A stretch of DNA of 64,000 nt from Eledone cirrhosa (taxonomy: Eukaryota), in NCBI GenBank assembly GCA_964016885.1, contig OZ024742.1, positions 263,004,001 to 263,068,000 of the forward strand, read 5' to 3'. Position 1 is the stretch's first letter; every line of letters begins with the position of its first letter. Below, in pieces: positions 25,441-39,420 of this stretch. The notes beneath the pieces were generated by a model. That model saw nothing but the letters and a program-made list of their open reading frames with translations, did not search any database and had not been told where the DNA came from. The translations under genes and the position numbers were made by a program.

Positions 25441-25519
25441 ACATGCCCTCCACTACGGAAAGGCCTGTCTCACAAATGGCAACCATACCTATTCACTGTT
25501 TAGGAAGAATATCTGGAGA

Positions 25520-26580
25520 TACCGCACCCTCAGCGATAAAATCACCACCATGTAGAATGTGTGGAACAAAAGGAGAAACAGTCAGCCATATTATAAGGAA
25601 ATGTGTTAAGTTGGCACAGCGACAGTACAAAAGACGATATGGTAATGTCGTGAGATATATCCATTGGATGATATCTGATAAATGTGTTATTTGTCAGAAC
25701 AACTAAATGGTATGTACAGAGACCAGAAGGGGTGTTAGAGAATGACAAATTTAAACTTTTGTGGCACTTCACAATTCAATGTGATAGAATGATTGAGGTA
25801 AGAAGGCCAGACATTTTAGTTGTGAACAAGAAAAAAGCGGCCCAAATTATCAATATATATGTCCCAGTAGATAGTAGAGTAAAGGATAAAGAGCATGGAA
25901 AGATAGAGAAGTAAGAGCCACTGAAGAAGGAGGCTGAAAAGTTGTTGGGGATGAAGGTTTCCGTGATTCCAGTGGTGATTGAAGCATTGGGATGTATATC
26001 GGACAGTTTTGGGGACTGTGTAAATAGAATCGTAATTGATGCAAGGTTACAGGTCCTTCTTGGTACAGCAAATATTTTATGAACAGTCTTGTCTATGTAA
26101 GACACGACAGAGGATGAAGTGAGAGACCTTTGTCAACTTGTTGATTGCTCCTAAATTGAAATATCTAGATCGTTTAACATTTAGGTGTCTGAGATTGACA
26201 AAAATGAACCACAATAATAATGATAATGATAATGGAATTTCCCATATTCAAGTGTACTACACTCACAATTAGGAGAAAAAACGTGTGAAAAATCATGAGA
26301 TATGGCTGCCAAGCGGGGAAAACTATAGGAGATAACTACAAATATTTAGGCATCTTAAATAATAAAAAAAAATGAAAATCATCATCTTCAGGCAGGCATA
26401 TTGGAAACGATTGAATCTCTTATTGGCAACAAAACACAATGCACAAAATATGATACTAGCCATAAATGTATGAGCAGTTGTGGTCATCGGGTACAGTGCG
26501 GCAATAGACGGATGAACAAAACATGAATTTGAGGACATGGGCAAATGAACACGAAAATGCTGATGGAGAAAGGAGACTGC
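25520..26580 (+). mobile_element. R4/Dong-type fragments (CCHC finger and RLE at 25520-26230; RT C-terminal piece at ~26385-26580)
   Basis: CRMCGTKGETVSHII..C..LA...YKRRY, KLLW.FTIQCDR...RPDILVVNKK, (AAT)-like tail, and YWKRLNLLL...NMILAIN..AV.VIGYSA. Confidence 0.72.
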
Positions 26581-27609
26581 AGACCTCTAAGATTGCGACA
26601 CCTGCCTCTATTTCAGTGAAGACAGTCGCCACCAACTAGTGGATAGTTGTTTCAGGCGATACATCGATGCCCTCGTTTTTGTCTGGCACTGACCGAGATA
26701 ACTGGAGCCAAGGACGAGCCCTTCATTCCTTAATAGTGGTGTTAGGTCCACAATGTTATATTTCCCCCTTGGGTGATGTGGGTCTTTTATGCACATATAG
26801 GCCCCTGGGTACTTTTGGGTATCACTTGTTCTTTTCACCCTTTGCAATTTTATTCCAATGTAGCTGTGCATCTCTTCTGTGTGTCTGGCATTTTAAACTC
26901 TTCTCATTTCAAATGAATTTTTCAAAGACCCTTGCTGTTCTACCTTCTACAGCTACTTGGCTGTATATTAGGCATGGACAAACTTTTTCGAACAGTGGAC
27001 GGCATAGAATGTGGCTCATCATAAGGCAGGCCGAACTATTAAAAAATTCAAGGCAATTTTGAAATTAAGCGTGTGCCATTCAGAAAGCCAAATGGGCCGC
27101 AGTTTTCCTACGAATGCTGTATATTTTGCTGTTGTAGTTATTGCTTTCGGTGAATATCGAACCGGCAGCCTTAGTGGTAAAAGAAATGGTGGAGGTGCTT
27201 CACTATGCTATTAAAATGTTGCCTGCTGAGGCGATGATGGTCATAGCAATGGCGACAGAGTCCAAACTCTCGCATCTGGTGGTGGTGATGCTTTCAGTTT
27301 TTTTCTCATTGATGTTGTAATTGCTGTTCTTGTCGTCGTCATCTTCATTGTTGTTTTTATAACTTCCACATGTTGTGGTGATAGTGGTGGTGTGCTCAGC
27401 GGGGTGTCGTTTCGCAACTGAGAACCACATCTGTTATTGCCATGCAGACCTCTCTGGGCACGTGTCAGGTTCAAATACTTGAATAAACACACACAAAAAA
27501 AAACTCACAAAATTGGGGAAACATTTACGGCAGCTCATAACACCGTGGAGTCCAAGTTGTTTGTCAATAATAATTATAACCATTTATTACTTTATCTAAT
27601 TATTTAATC

Positions 27610-27683
27610 AAGAAGAAGAAGAAGAAGAAGAAGAAGAAGAAGAAGAAGAAGAAGAAGAAGAAGAAGAAGAAGAAGAAGAAGAA
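27610..27683. repeat. (GAA)n microsatellite
   Basis: Perfect trinucleotide run. Confidence 0.98.
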
Positions 27684-27689
27684 TATTAT

Positions 27690-28090
27690 TTGTCACAAGG
27701 ATACAAAGATACTTAGACAGCACAGGTCCAAGATACAAACACACTGGTGGTAGACGCGGTGGGGGTTACATGTAATCATGTAAAAATAAAATAGCAAAAC
27801 GAATGAAGATAAAATAAAAAGAAAGAAAATATCTCCAATAAAGCGAGGAGCAGTTTTTTAGGGCCAATCAAGGAAACCCCTCGAAATGCAATTCATACTG
27901 ACAACCTCAGTTATCTTCTCCCAGCCTATGGGCCTTGTTCAACAAATTTACCGGAAGGAAGCACTTCCCTGCCTGCCCTTACTTTCCTTTTCAAATACAA
28001 CTTGAAAAATTTGATGTGGGCTTGGCCGAAGTGGAATGTGACCTGTTAATCGCGCCCACTACACACACTCTTTTGTCATAGCCACCAAAT
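27690..28090 (-). mobile_element. Tx1/L1-type 3' fragment
   Basis: Similar to 24720-25200 (gggggttaca..., VAMTKECV.W, FFKLYLKRKVR). Confidence 0.55.
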
Positions 28091-28959
28091 CATTTGCAAA
28101 GATAAAATCATTTAACGAAGACAATAGTTAATTCGATTAATATATTAGAAAGAAGATCATAAGATTTTTAGAGTTTAAATTATTGAAGCGATCAAATTGA
28201 GAATTTTGCACAATTGGTGAACACTGAGCCCGAAAAAATGACGTTCACAAATTATAAGTATGGAAGGATATCTGTGACATAACCAAGTAAATAGATGGAT
28301 TTAAACAACTGTTTATACTTTCATTGTATACTTTCTTGATGTATCTATATATTGAAGAAATTGTGCTCTTTTCTAGTGTACTGCCTGGGCTAGATTGATG
28401 ATATGGTGAAGGGTGTCATTACCCCCTGGCGCCCGTATAAAAATAGGGCACTCCTCGCAAGTCTAAGTATCCTAGGCTCCCAATGAGGTACCTCTGCTTC
28501 CACAAGTGTGTCCTTACTTCCATTGGAGCGCCCTATGGAAGAGGAGATGGATAATTTGTGATAATTTGATGTTCTCTTTTAGACACACCAGAACTGTTTA
28601 TGATGTCTATGTTTTCATCAAAATTTCTCCACTTAAGGGACACCAGACGCCAGATCCTTGTGTATGTGTCTTTTTTTACGGTTGTGTGGGGGTCACAAGA
28701 AATATGTCACCGGAAGCCGCAGTCCCAAACCTACATGTAGGCGGTTCGGACAGAAGATCGTCTGATGCTGACACGGAGACAACAGCATCACCCACCAGCT
28801 CCCTGAACGTCAGGACACCCTCTTTAGGTATAGCACTGTCCATGCAACACGAAGGAGAGCCTAGAAAAGGTACCCCCTCCCCCCAAAAGCTTGTCCCCAA
28901 TACACCCAGTTAGTTCACCGCAACTATAGCGCATCTTCTCTGTGGTCGTAATCTATTAA

Positions 28960-29318
28960 CGATGAAAAAACGTATCCCAAATGCCAAAGTTGGGGCCACG
29001 TCTAAATTTACCATAGCGTGTTGGAACATCGGAACACTGCGAAAAGCAACGGAACAGGACACCGCTCAGCCTGGGCATCGATGTTGCGGCATTCAGTGAA
29101 GTTCGTCTTCCCGACGAGGGAAGCCTGGGGGAGCATGGTACGGCTACACACTCTATTGGAGGGGAAATCAAAGGAGAAACGCCTTGCAGGAGTTAGCTTC
29201 ATGGTCAAAGACTCAATCGCCTTCAAACTTTCTCGCCATCCTAAAGAGCACAATGTCCGTATCATGTCCATGCGCCTTCCTCTCCATGAACGACAACATA
29301 CCATTCCCATCAGCGTCT

Positions 29319-29320
<2 letters not shown>
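28960..29320 (+). mobile_element. RTE-type APE endonuclease N-terminal fragment
   Basis: WNIGTL, LGIDVAAFSEVRLPDEGSL, GVSFMVK and RIMSMRLPL across frames. Confidence 0.7.
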
Positions 29321-29405
<85 letters not shown>

Positions 29406-29746
29406 CGTGTGAGTGTGTTTGTGCGTCTGAGTGTGTGTATGCGTGTGTGTGTGTGCGTGCGTGTGAGTGTGTTTCTGTGTCTGAGTGTGTGTATGCGTGT
29501 GTGTGTGTGCGTGCGTGTGAGTTTGTTTTTGTGTCTGAGTGTGTGTATGCGTGTGTGTGTGTGTGTGTGTGTGTGCGTGCGTGTGTGTGTGTGTTTGTGT
29601 GTCTGAGTGTGTGTGAATTTAATCATTACTACGAAATGTGACTAATTTGAAGTTGGCGAAAAGTCGGAAGTGACGAATATACCCCACTTTATTCGGGAAC
29701 CACTTATACATTCATTACATACACACACTTGATATCTTACACGCGT

Positions 29747-29804
<58 letters not shown>

Positions 29805-29892
29805 TCTTTCCCTTTTTTTCTCACTTTCTGTCTATCAGCTTCTGTGTCTGTGTCTCTCTTTATATCTCTCTCTATGTGTAAATATATATGTA

Positions 29893-29923
<31 letters not shown>

Positions 29924-30686
29924 GTGTCTGTGTGTGCTTGTGTGTCTATGTATGTGCAAGCACATGGCTTAGTTCTAAGGATGATTTGATCACAATCGTA
30001 TGGTTGTGAGTTCGATTCCCGGTGGTTCAGACACGATCGCGGTTTCGCCGTGCAAGTTGCCAATCGCACATCTGTTGCTAGCCTTCTTGATGACTGCCTA
30101 CCACGCGACATTTTTCTTCTCGAAAAAATCACAAGCAGTCACTTGAAGATTTCTCTTGATTTGAGAAGGTCCCCTGGAGAGCTGTTCCCTCTCCCAATTT
30201 TGGATATCCTAACTTATTAGAATATCTAGGTTGGTTCTTTGATGAAACCGCAGTCGGGACTTCGAAGTAAAAGGGTCATTTTTTATCTTGTTTGCTTTTC
30301 CTACTTGTGAATTTATAACTCTCTGACTAATTAATTAATTAATTAATTGAGCTGTGTGTGTGTGTGTGAGAGAGAGAGAGAGTGTGTGTGTGTTTGTTTG
30401 TTTGTGTGTATGTGTTTGTGTGTGAGCGTTTGTGTGTGTGTGTGTTTGCGCGTGTGTGTTTGTTTGTGTGTTTGTGTGTGAGTGTGTGTGTCTATGTGTG
30501 TGTTTGTGCGTGTGTGTGTTTGTGTGTGAGTGTGTGTGTGTTTGTGTGTGTATGTGTGTGTGTGTGTGTGTTTGTTTGTTTCTGTGTGTTTGTGCGTGTA
30601 TGTGAGTGTGTGTGTGTGTGTTTGTGTGTGTGTTTGTGTGTTTGTGTGTGTGTTTGTGTATGTGTTTGTGTGTCTGTGTGTGTGTT
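29321..30686. repeat. (TG)n/(CA)n compound microsatellite blocks (29321-29615, 29750-29945, 30353-30686)
   Basis: Seen directly. Confidence 0.95.
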
Positions 30687-30884
30687 TCATTATACTGACA
30701 GTTTATCTCACGAAACCTTTAGGTTCCTTGGGTGCCTTGAAACGCACATCGGGAAATACTGAGAGAGGCTTCCGCGCTGACTTAGGACTGTATATATATT
30801 GCATTGCTGTAGAATTACATGAAAAGTATACAGCCTCTGAAACATTACTGCACCGCATAAAGCGCCTTCCCATGTTTACGTCAG

Positions 30885-31100
30885 ATAGGGTGGTGATTAG
30901 CAGAATTGGTAGAGCGTCAGATAAAATGTGACTACGGTATTTGTTCTGGCTCTTTACATTCTGAGTTCAAATCCCGCTGAGATCAACTTTGCTTTCTGGG
31001 GTGGATAAAATAAAGTACCAGTCAAATACTGAGACTGATTTAAACAATTTGGCCCTTCCCAGAAATTCCCTGACCTTGTGCCTAAATTAGAAATCAATAT
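30885..31100 (+). mobile_element. tRNA-derived SINE
   Basis: A-box-like tagcagaattggtagagcgtcaga, B-box gagttcaaatcc, central gataaaataaagtaccagt, tail ccttgtgcctaaattagaaa. Confidence 0.75.
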
Positions 31101-31886
31101 TTCTTCTATATTCTTCCAATAGACAAATTCATATAGAATAAGTACTATTTCAACTTTGCCTGTGATCCATTCGAAGTTAAAAATAAATACCAGTTCTGAG
31201 GTCGATTCTTCCTCTATAGTTTCTTACTTACATTTTCTCTATCACCCTCTATCCTTCTCTAGAAGAAATCTGCTGTATTCAGATCTGGAAAGATTGGCTC
31301 CGCCAGGTTTGAAAGAATACCATAGAAATGCTGTATATCAATACACCCCCAACGACTCCCTCAGAAGTCACAGGACCAAGACAAGAAGCACCATTCATGT
31401 ACTGGAATAGATCCACCAACAATGTTTCTACTCCATTATACAAATGCATGGCCTTGTATTAAATAAACCAATACCTCTCATCCACGCCAAGGTCACAGCG
31501 TATTCGAATATTTCCTCATTTCCTTATGAGCTCTTAAGTTAAGTTTAATCATTTTACTTGACACTCTGTAAATGTAGAAATATTAAAAGTCTTGCTCTCA
31601 TGAGCAAGATTGAGAAAAACATAAAAGTCATATGAACCCATTTATATTCCTTGTAAATTTTGGCTTTGGGTTTCGATTAAGAAATCATATTATCCCCCTT
31701 GAAAGAAAAAGAGATGTTTGAGGAGCATTAACTTGCTTAACTTGCTACCAGACATATTTGAAAATTGTATGGGACAGAATGAGAGAGAGAGGGGGAAAGA
31801 GAGAGGGAGAGAGAGACAGACAAACAGATAGAGAGTGGGAATAAAATTTGTGTTTAGTTGATTACACTAAAACTTGATATTCCAAC

Positions 31887-31980
<94 letters not shown>

Positions 31981-32240
31981 CATGAGAAGAAAGAATACTG
32001 CGTGGTTGCACATGGGTTACATATGATAAAAATAGTCCTTCATCAGTGATTTTCCAACCTTCATTGGTATTTCATCGCTATATATATATTCTGCGCTTGA
32101 ACGTGACCGATTTTTTCCTGATTTATAAACATTTCTACGGTGGACTTTATAATTTTATTGAAATTTCTGTTCGGAATATAAATATTTGTTTTCATTTTCA
32201 TATATCTAAACTATAATAAAGGCAGTATTCATAATAATTA

Positions 32241-32585
32241 TTTCTACTTTTGGTACAATGCCAGCAATTACCCAGTGTATTACTGGTACTTTTTTTTATC
32301 GACCCCGTAACGATGAAAGGCAAAGTTAACCTCGGCGGGATTTGAACTCAGAACGTAAAGGGACGTAATTATGCTAGAAAGCATGGCGTCCGACCCTCTG
32401 CCGATACTGCCAATCTACCACCAGGAAGTATTCATAATTATTTCTACTTTTGGTACAAGGCCAGCAATTACCCAGTTAATTACTGGTACTTTATTTTATC
32501 GACCCGGTAAGGATGAAAGGCAAAGTTAATCTCGACGGGATTTGAACTCAGACCGTAAAGGGACGTAACTATGCTGGAAAGCATA
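32241..32585 (-). mobile_element. Two tandem tRNA-derived SINE copies
   Basis: Reverse complement of the same family. The first copy is flanked by the direct repeat agtattcataat. Confidence 0.8.
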
Positions 32586-32929
32586 CATCGAAATTATATT
32601 TTCAATGGACACACATACTAACGTTTGATATTTTTAATGGTTTGGTATGAAGAAACAGGTGTATAACAACAAACTTATTTCATTTTAGAAAAAGCCACTC
32701 GCGTGTTACTGAATTTTTGATTGCGATTGTTCCTATCATAAGATTTAACACAGAAGCCAAGGCGTTATTTTATCACAATGCAATTGTAACCTAAGCAAAC
32801 ATGAAAGAACAGCCGAACTCCTACTGTCATCGCCGCCATCTCTCTGACCCTCCCCATCTCTCCATAGGGTGAGCAAAAATGGGGTCCCACGTGCTCCCCC
32901 CCCCCCCCACCACCACCACCACCACACAC

Positions 32930-33105
32930 ACACAGCCCCGGCAGACAGAATGGAGAAGGCGTTTCCCCGGAGGATGGTAAGGGAGATGCGCTGGAAGAGC
33001 CATTCCAACTCACGAGGCTCACACCTGCGGCTGGCCAGCTCATCACCTATGGTGGTGAGTAGGGAGGTAGCCCTAGGGCCGAGGACACCAGAAGTCTCCA
33101 CTGCC
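32930..33105 (-). mobile_element. CRE-clade C-terminal fragment
   Basis: ETSGVLGP...WLFQRISLTILRGNAFSIL, homologous to 11450-11600. Confidence 0.7.
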
Positions 33106-33399
33106 TATAACTCAGCCATCGAACCGTTTAATTTAGAAATTGGAGGATTATGTATCATTTTTAAAGACAATTTAAAACTACTTTAACTGTGTCTGCCGTT
33201 TCCATTTATACATAGTGAAATATTTATATCTCCTCAAAACCTTCGACTATATTTCAAAATCTTTGATCAAATCTATTGAAAAAATTCATCGGAAACACAT
33301 TGGTTGAAAGATTGATAAGTCCAAGACCAACAATAACATCAAACCACCGTGACAATAAATATTGAAACCATCATCGATACAAAACAACAAACACAAAAG

Positions 33400-33895
33400 A
33401 GATAATCAGAAGGTTTATGAGGAATGTCTTACATGTGTCAGCAGGATTATCGATGAAGAAAAGTCCTCCCCTGTCATTTTGCATGTTTTCCATGATGTGG
33501 TAGGCGTATTTCTAGTCATCCACCAATCAAGGTTCATTTTCATCTTCTTGTGCTACCTCCATTTCTTCATCTGGTTCTGGCACCTACAGTTAGCTAATGT
33601 GCTATTATCTGCCTGAACTCAATGGGACAGGTTGATTGTAAACCGTGAGGACTACATTCCATATACATATTGCCTTTGGGCTAGGTGTAGATAGTTGTCC
33701 GGCATACTTAGAGCTGACCATAGACAGTCGATGGATAGTCACACACAACAAATTGTTGTGTAAATAACAGTTTTCAACCCGAATCCTTCAATTAAGAAAT
33801 GGAGCAGTATCAATTGATGGGAATGGTTATATCAAATTAGTTCATATTGCTACCATGGTGGATTCGCCAGCTGAATTGAAGAACAGAGTATTTCA
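33400..33895. mobile_element. Two Helitron helicase fragments in opposite orientation (33400-33590 minus, 33790-33895 plus)
   Basis: Minus: NEP*L..D*KYAYHIM...GGLFFIDNPADTCKTFLINL (decayed Walker A region). Plus: similar to 57530-57635 (catattgcta.catggtg.attc.ccagctgaattgaagaacag.gtatttc). Confidence 0.65.
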
Positions 33896-33899
33896 CCGG

Positions 33900-34840
33900 A
33901 CGGATCGATGAAGTTGCTCGGGATCTGGTTCAGACAAGAACTCCGAGTGGATAAGAACAGGGACGAGGTAACGAGTTGTGTGGCCAATCTCACCCAGAAA
34001 TGGGTCGAGAGGAAGTTATCCATGAAAGGCAGAGCGGAGATGGCGAATGCGTACATCGCGTTCGTCATATACTACTACAGCCTGACCGCCGAGCCTTGCC
34101 CCCGTTCGCATCGTATCAAATTGGAACGTCTGCACTTCCGCTTTTTGTGAAACGGACAGGTTCCATTGGTGAGGCGGTCCATCTGCTGTCAGCACCCTCT
34201 ATATGGATGGCTGCCATGCTGTGGCTGATGATGCGCAAGCACGCGCTGAGGTTACGGCATCTTCAGGTATTCTTAAACTGTGAACAGGTGTAGTCACCGT
34301 AATATAGGTCTTTCCGCAGCTCATCTCTTTGACTGAGCTGCAGCTATGGGTCAAGAAGAGACCGAGATTGGAGGCCTGACAGGCGGGCAATGCGGTCAGT
34401 GGAAATTCCACTTTTGAGTTCTATAAAGGATTAGTGGTGGGCAAGTGCGACGACGCTCTTGGAGAAGCGCTGGGCGTCTACGAAATCGAACTGACCAGTC
34501 TATTCTGGAGGACTTTCGAGGATGGATAACTTCCAGATATCCTTAGCTTGGCAATGCTACCGGGGAACACTGCCGGTTCGAGATAAACTTTACAGGCACC
34601 GAAGTGCTGTCAGATGGACCTGCCCGATATGCGCACAGAGCGACGAAACCGTTCTGCACGCACTTGTCCAGTGTCCGTGCATTACTGACTTGTGGAGTTA
34701 TGTCGAACAGTTCTTGTCGGGTGTAGGACTGATCTGGTATCAACAGAGTCCATAGTGAAGATTATCCCGCCGCCTTCTTTTGGCCGGGAAGGGCAGGCAG
34801 TTTTCCTCTGTCTGTTGGCTGTAACGAAAGAGATTGTATG
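33900..34840 (+). mobile_element. Tx1/L1-type RT C-terminal fragment
   Basis: KLLGIWF...KWVERKLSMKGRAEMAN and SLAWQCYRGTLPVRDKL...CPICAQSDETVLHALVQC. Confidence 0.75.
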
Positions 34841-34844
34841 AGCC

Positions 34845-36610
34845 TCGCGAGGTAGAGAGAATACTTTGCTGATCTTCTAAATCCGATCACAATAGCATCT
34901 TCTGATATACATAAGGTGCATCTGGGAGCGGTGACTAATCTCTCTGAGGCTGAGGTCACAATAGCAGTTAAATATGGCATGGTCGTTGGGGAAGATAAAA
35001 TCCGGCCCAAGATGTTAAAATCCTTAAATAGAGAATGTTTTCTCTGGATGACTCGTGTGCGCCGGGTGGCTTCGATCTATGGAAAGGCACTTAAGCAATG
35101 GCATCGGAAGTGATAATCCTAATTTTCAAAAAGGGAGACAAGAGAGATTGTTCCAATTACAGAGAGATCTTATTGTTAAGCCATCCCGGTAAAGTCTATG
35201 CTAAGTGTCTGGCAAAGAAATGTAAGGAGATTGTCGAGCCCAAGCTAACTGATGTTCAGTGTGGTTTTTCCCCCCGGAAGCAGCACAGCCTACCAAATAT
35301 TCACACTGCGGCAGGTCTTCGAGAAATCGTGGGAGTATTGCCAAGAGGTATATTCTTGTTTTGTCGACCTTGAAAAGACATATAACCACATTCCTCGGGA
35401 CTTGCTATGGAAGGTTATGCAGGAGTATGGGATCGTTGGTCTGCGTCTTGCTGCCATGGTGTCTTTATACGAATGCCCTAGTATTTGTGTTCGGATAAAT
35501 GGTACTAAATCGAAACCATTAAATATGGGAGTCAACTCCGCCAAAAGTGCGAACTGTCACCTCGCCTGTTCATTATTTACATAAAAAGACGGTGGATTGG
35601 CAGTATCGGTAGAGGGTCGGATGCCATGCTTTGACGTATAGAGTTACGGCCCTTGCCATTCTGAGTTCAAATCCCGCCAAGGTTAACTTTGCCTTTCATC
35701 CTTACGGGGTCGATAAAATAAAGTACCAGTAATGCACTGGGTAATTGCTGGCCTAGTGCCAAAACGTAGAAACAATTATTCACATAAAAAGGATATGCGC
35801 AGTCGGGCTGGAAGTGATGTCATGACTTGCGGATGTGAAATCAGTCGAATAGAATTTGCAGACGACATGGTGTTACTTCATTCGACAGAATGTGATCTAC
35901 GACATGCACTTGACAGGTTTGATGCCGAGTGCTGCATGGCTGGAATGAAAATCAGTGCTGCGAAAACTGAGACACTCGCCCTCTCAAGGAAGCCTGCGCA
36001 GTACACTCTTCATGTGAATGGAGTTCAACTGAAGCAGGTAGAGAAGTTCAAGTATCTCGAGGCCCTATTCACGAGTTTTAGGGACTGGTGCAGTAATGCG
36101 CCAGCTACAACATTCTTTAATTAGAAGGGGGTAGCCGTAAAAGCTAAAAACCCTATCTTCAATTCGGTATTCGTGTTAACACTTACCTAAGGTCACGAAT
36201 ATTGGGTAATGACCGAAAGAATTGCGAATACAAGAGGCTGAAATGGAGTTCTTCTGAAGGGTCTTTGGAGTAACGTTACTCGATAGAGTGCGTAGCTCGG
36301 AGATCAGAGAGTCGCTCCAGGTAGAGCCGTTACTTCTCCGAATTGAGAGATCACAGCTCCGATACTATAGGCATGTGGTTAGAATGTCTCAGGGAAACTG
36401 ATTTTACGGGCAAAACCAGCCGGCAGGAGACCCAGAGAAAGATGGTTGGATAATATCCATGAGCTTGGTTGGTCTCGCTTGGAGATCCAGCTGAAGGAGT
36501 TGGAGACGGTTGCTTCTGACAGGACCCACTGGAGGGAGTGTTTGAGGACTCTGTACTCACGAACCTCTCAGGAATAATTGGAAGAAGAAGAAGAAGAAGA
36601 AGAAGAAGAA
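34845..36610 (+). mobile_element. Degraded RTE LINE (second family) with (GAA)n tail
   Basis: KKGDKRDCSNYR, QIFTLRQVFEK...CFVDLEKTY, EFADDMVL, VEKFKYL; tail (GAA)n at ~36581-36609. Confidence 0.8.
35590..35775 (+). mobile_element. tRNA-derived SINE inserted in the RTE RT, with ~16-bp TSD
   Basis: attatttacataaaaag before and attattcacataaaaag after the SINE. Confidence 0.85.
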
Positions 36611-37268
36611 ATAGGAGGAAAAGAAATAAGTTAGATAATACGTGTATGGGAGATTGTGAGGAAAAAGAATAATTTGAAAAGAAGCTCATGTGAGATAGAG
36701 AGGGGTAAAGAGTTTGGTACTTTAAATAAGAGAGGGAAGAAGTAAGAGAAAGAGAAAAATTACAGATTACAACTGGAGAGAATAGTAGAGGTAAGAGTTC
36801 TTAATAAAGGTAGTAGTCAGAGTAGATAAACGGAAGAGGAGATAATGTAGTGTGTCAGCATTAATAAAGTGTAGTAGTAAAAAGTATGTTGGAGAGAGAG
36901 AGGGGGAGAGAGAGACAGAGAAAAGAGTGTGTGTGTGTATTTTCATATATATGTGTGATGGTATGTATACTGTAAGGTCGAGATTCTCACCTAAACGCAC
37001 TGTGGATACGCTACAAGTGGTGTGTATACACTTGATTATTGCTTCGATAACAACAGCTACTACGCTGTTTGTTGTTACTACTACAAACTAGTTTATAAAA
37101 AGGTATTTCGTAACGTTTTATTTTTTCTTAAAATCAAGTGGATATTATGAACTAATAACTTATATAATAATTGTCAAGTGTGTAATTATGTCAGATATAT
37201 ATTTACAGTATATATATATATATATTTGTATATTATTTGTACAAGCATTCTTTCTATGTCACGCACAT

Positions 37269-37323
<55 letters not shown>

Positions 37324-37773
37324 GGTGTATGCGTGTGCGTGTGTGTTGGTGTATGTGTGTGTGTGTATGTATGTATGTGTGTGTGTGTGTGTGTGCATAT
37401 TTTTAAATATATTTCAAACACATAACACGCTCTATACACCCACACATGTATTAAGTAAGTATGTGTACATTTATGTGTATATATGTAAATTGTCACTTTT
37501 CCTCATAACAATGTGTATTTGATATTGAAATGTCAAAACTCGAGAAAAAGAAGTAGTACATTTTACAGGAAGTCGAAAACTTTGTCGCTGCCAGTCTATA
37601 TTCCTCTGAAATTCGACTTCTGCTTCACCTTTTCCTCTCTCTTTCTTTTTGCGTTTGTGTTATGGCTCACTCTCTCTCTCTCTCCCTCTCTTTGTGTATT
37701 TTTGTCGCTAGTTTTCTCCACCCTTAAAGAAATCCTTATCTCTATCTCTACACGCACACATACACGCGCGCGC

Positions 37774-37800
37774 ATATATATATATATATATATATATTGT

Positions 37801-37876
<76 letters not shown>

Positions 37877-38194
37877 ATATATATATATATATTATATATA
37901 TATATATATTATATATATATATATATTATATACAATTAAGTTATTTGTTTTATATATTTGTAATATATATATATATATATTATATATATATATATATTAT
38001 ATATATATATATATTATATATATATATATATTATATATATATATATATTATATATATATATATATTATATACAATTAAGTTATTTGTTTTTATATTATAT
38101 ATATATATATATATTATATATATATATTATATAGATTATATATATATAATATATATATATATATTATATATATATATATATTATATATATATAT

Positions 38195-38225
<31 letters not shown>

Positions 38226-38260
38226 ATATATATATATATATATTATATATATATATATAT

Positions 38261-38292
<32 letters not shown>

Positions 38293-38323
38293 ATATATAT
38301 TATATATATATATATTATATATA

Positions 38324-38384
<61 letters not shown>

Positions 38385-38416
38385 ATATATATTATATATA
38401 TATATATTATATATAT

Positions 38417-38448
<32 letters not shown>

Positions 38449-38528
38449 ATATATATAATATATATATATATATAATATATATATATATATAATATATATA
38501 TATAATATATATATATAATTTATATATA

Positions 38529-38571
<43 letters not shown>

Positions 38572-38599
38572 ATATTATATATATTATATATATATATAT

Positions 38600-38654
<55 letters not shown>

Positions 38655-38676
38655 ATATAATATATATATATATATA
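37774..38676. repeat. Long compound (TA)n microsatellite
   Basis: Seen directly. Similar tracts at 45400-46538 and 62732-63660. Confidence 0.97.
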
Positions 38677-39064
38677 CAAACACACAGATATACATAATAT
38701 GTGGAAGAGGGTTTTGTATCACTTTCTAGTTTCTGTATCCCTATCTAATGAGTATTTCCTATTACATCACTGTGACTTTCACTTTTTCTCGCCCACTCTG
38801 TCGGTTCTACGTATTTGTTTCTGTTTGATGATATGAATCTGTGTGAGTTTCCTATCTTTTTGATGTATTTGTGCGCCCTATTTTGTTCTGGGGCCCCGAT
38901 TCTTCACTTCTGATTGTACCACTGACCGTCTTTGTTTTCAGCTATTTACTCTCCCAGCTTCTGATCCACTGTCTTATGAATTTATTGCACTCTTCCTTTT
39001 CCTCCTTTCATTTTCACCTTCTCCTTTTCACTTTCCTCACCCTCATCTCTGCCCATTATTCTTT

Positions 39065-39420
39065 TGGCAGTAGGATTGGCAGTATCGGTAGAGGGTCGGA
39101 CGCCATGCTTTGCAGCAAAGACTTACGGCCCTGTTCAAATCCCGCTGAGGTTAACTTTGCCTTTCATCCTTACGGGGTCGATAAAATAAAGTACCAGTAA
39201 TGCACTGGGTATTTGCTGGCCTTGTGCCAAAAGTAGAAACAATTATTCTTTTGGCAGTATCGGTAGAGGGTCGGACGCCATGCTTTCTAGCATAGTTACA
39301 TCCCTTTACGATCTGAGTTCAAATCCCGCCGAGGTTGACTTTGCCTTTCATCCTTACGGGGTCGATAAAATAAAGTACCAGTAATTTGCTGGCCTTGTGC
39401 CTAAAGTAGAAACAATTATT
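39065..39420 (+). mobile_element. Two tandem tRNA-derived SINE copies
   Basis: Same family; attattctt occurs before, between and after the copies. Another minus-strand copy lies at ~40187-40340 next to (AAT)n. Confidence 0.82.

Noticed and set aside
26600-27540. Possible coding or retroelement ORF1 fragment
   Set aside because: No motif could be identified with confidence; left unannotated.
33428-33590. Apparent minus-strand host exon with AG and GTAAG boundaries
   Set aside because: The frame has stops and matches the Helitron helicase Walker A region, which continues through the supposed donor.
37513-38722. Long ORFs (320 aa and others) rich in IY, CV or HT
   Set aside because: These are translations of (TA)n and (TG)n microsatellites. 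The same applies to ORFs at 29184-30931, 45340-46879 and 62890-63108.
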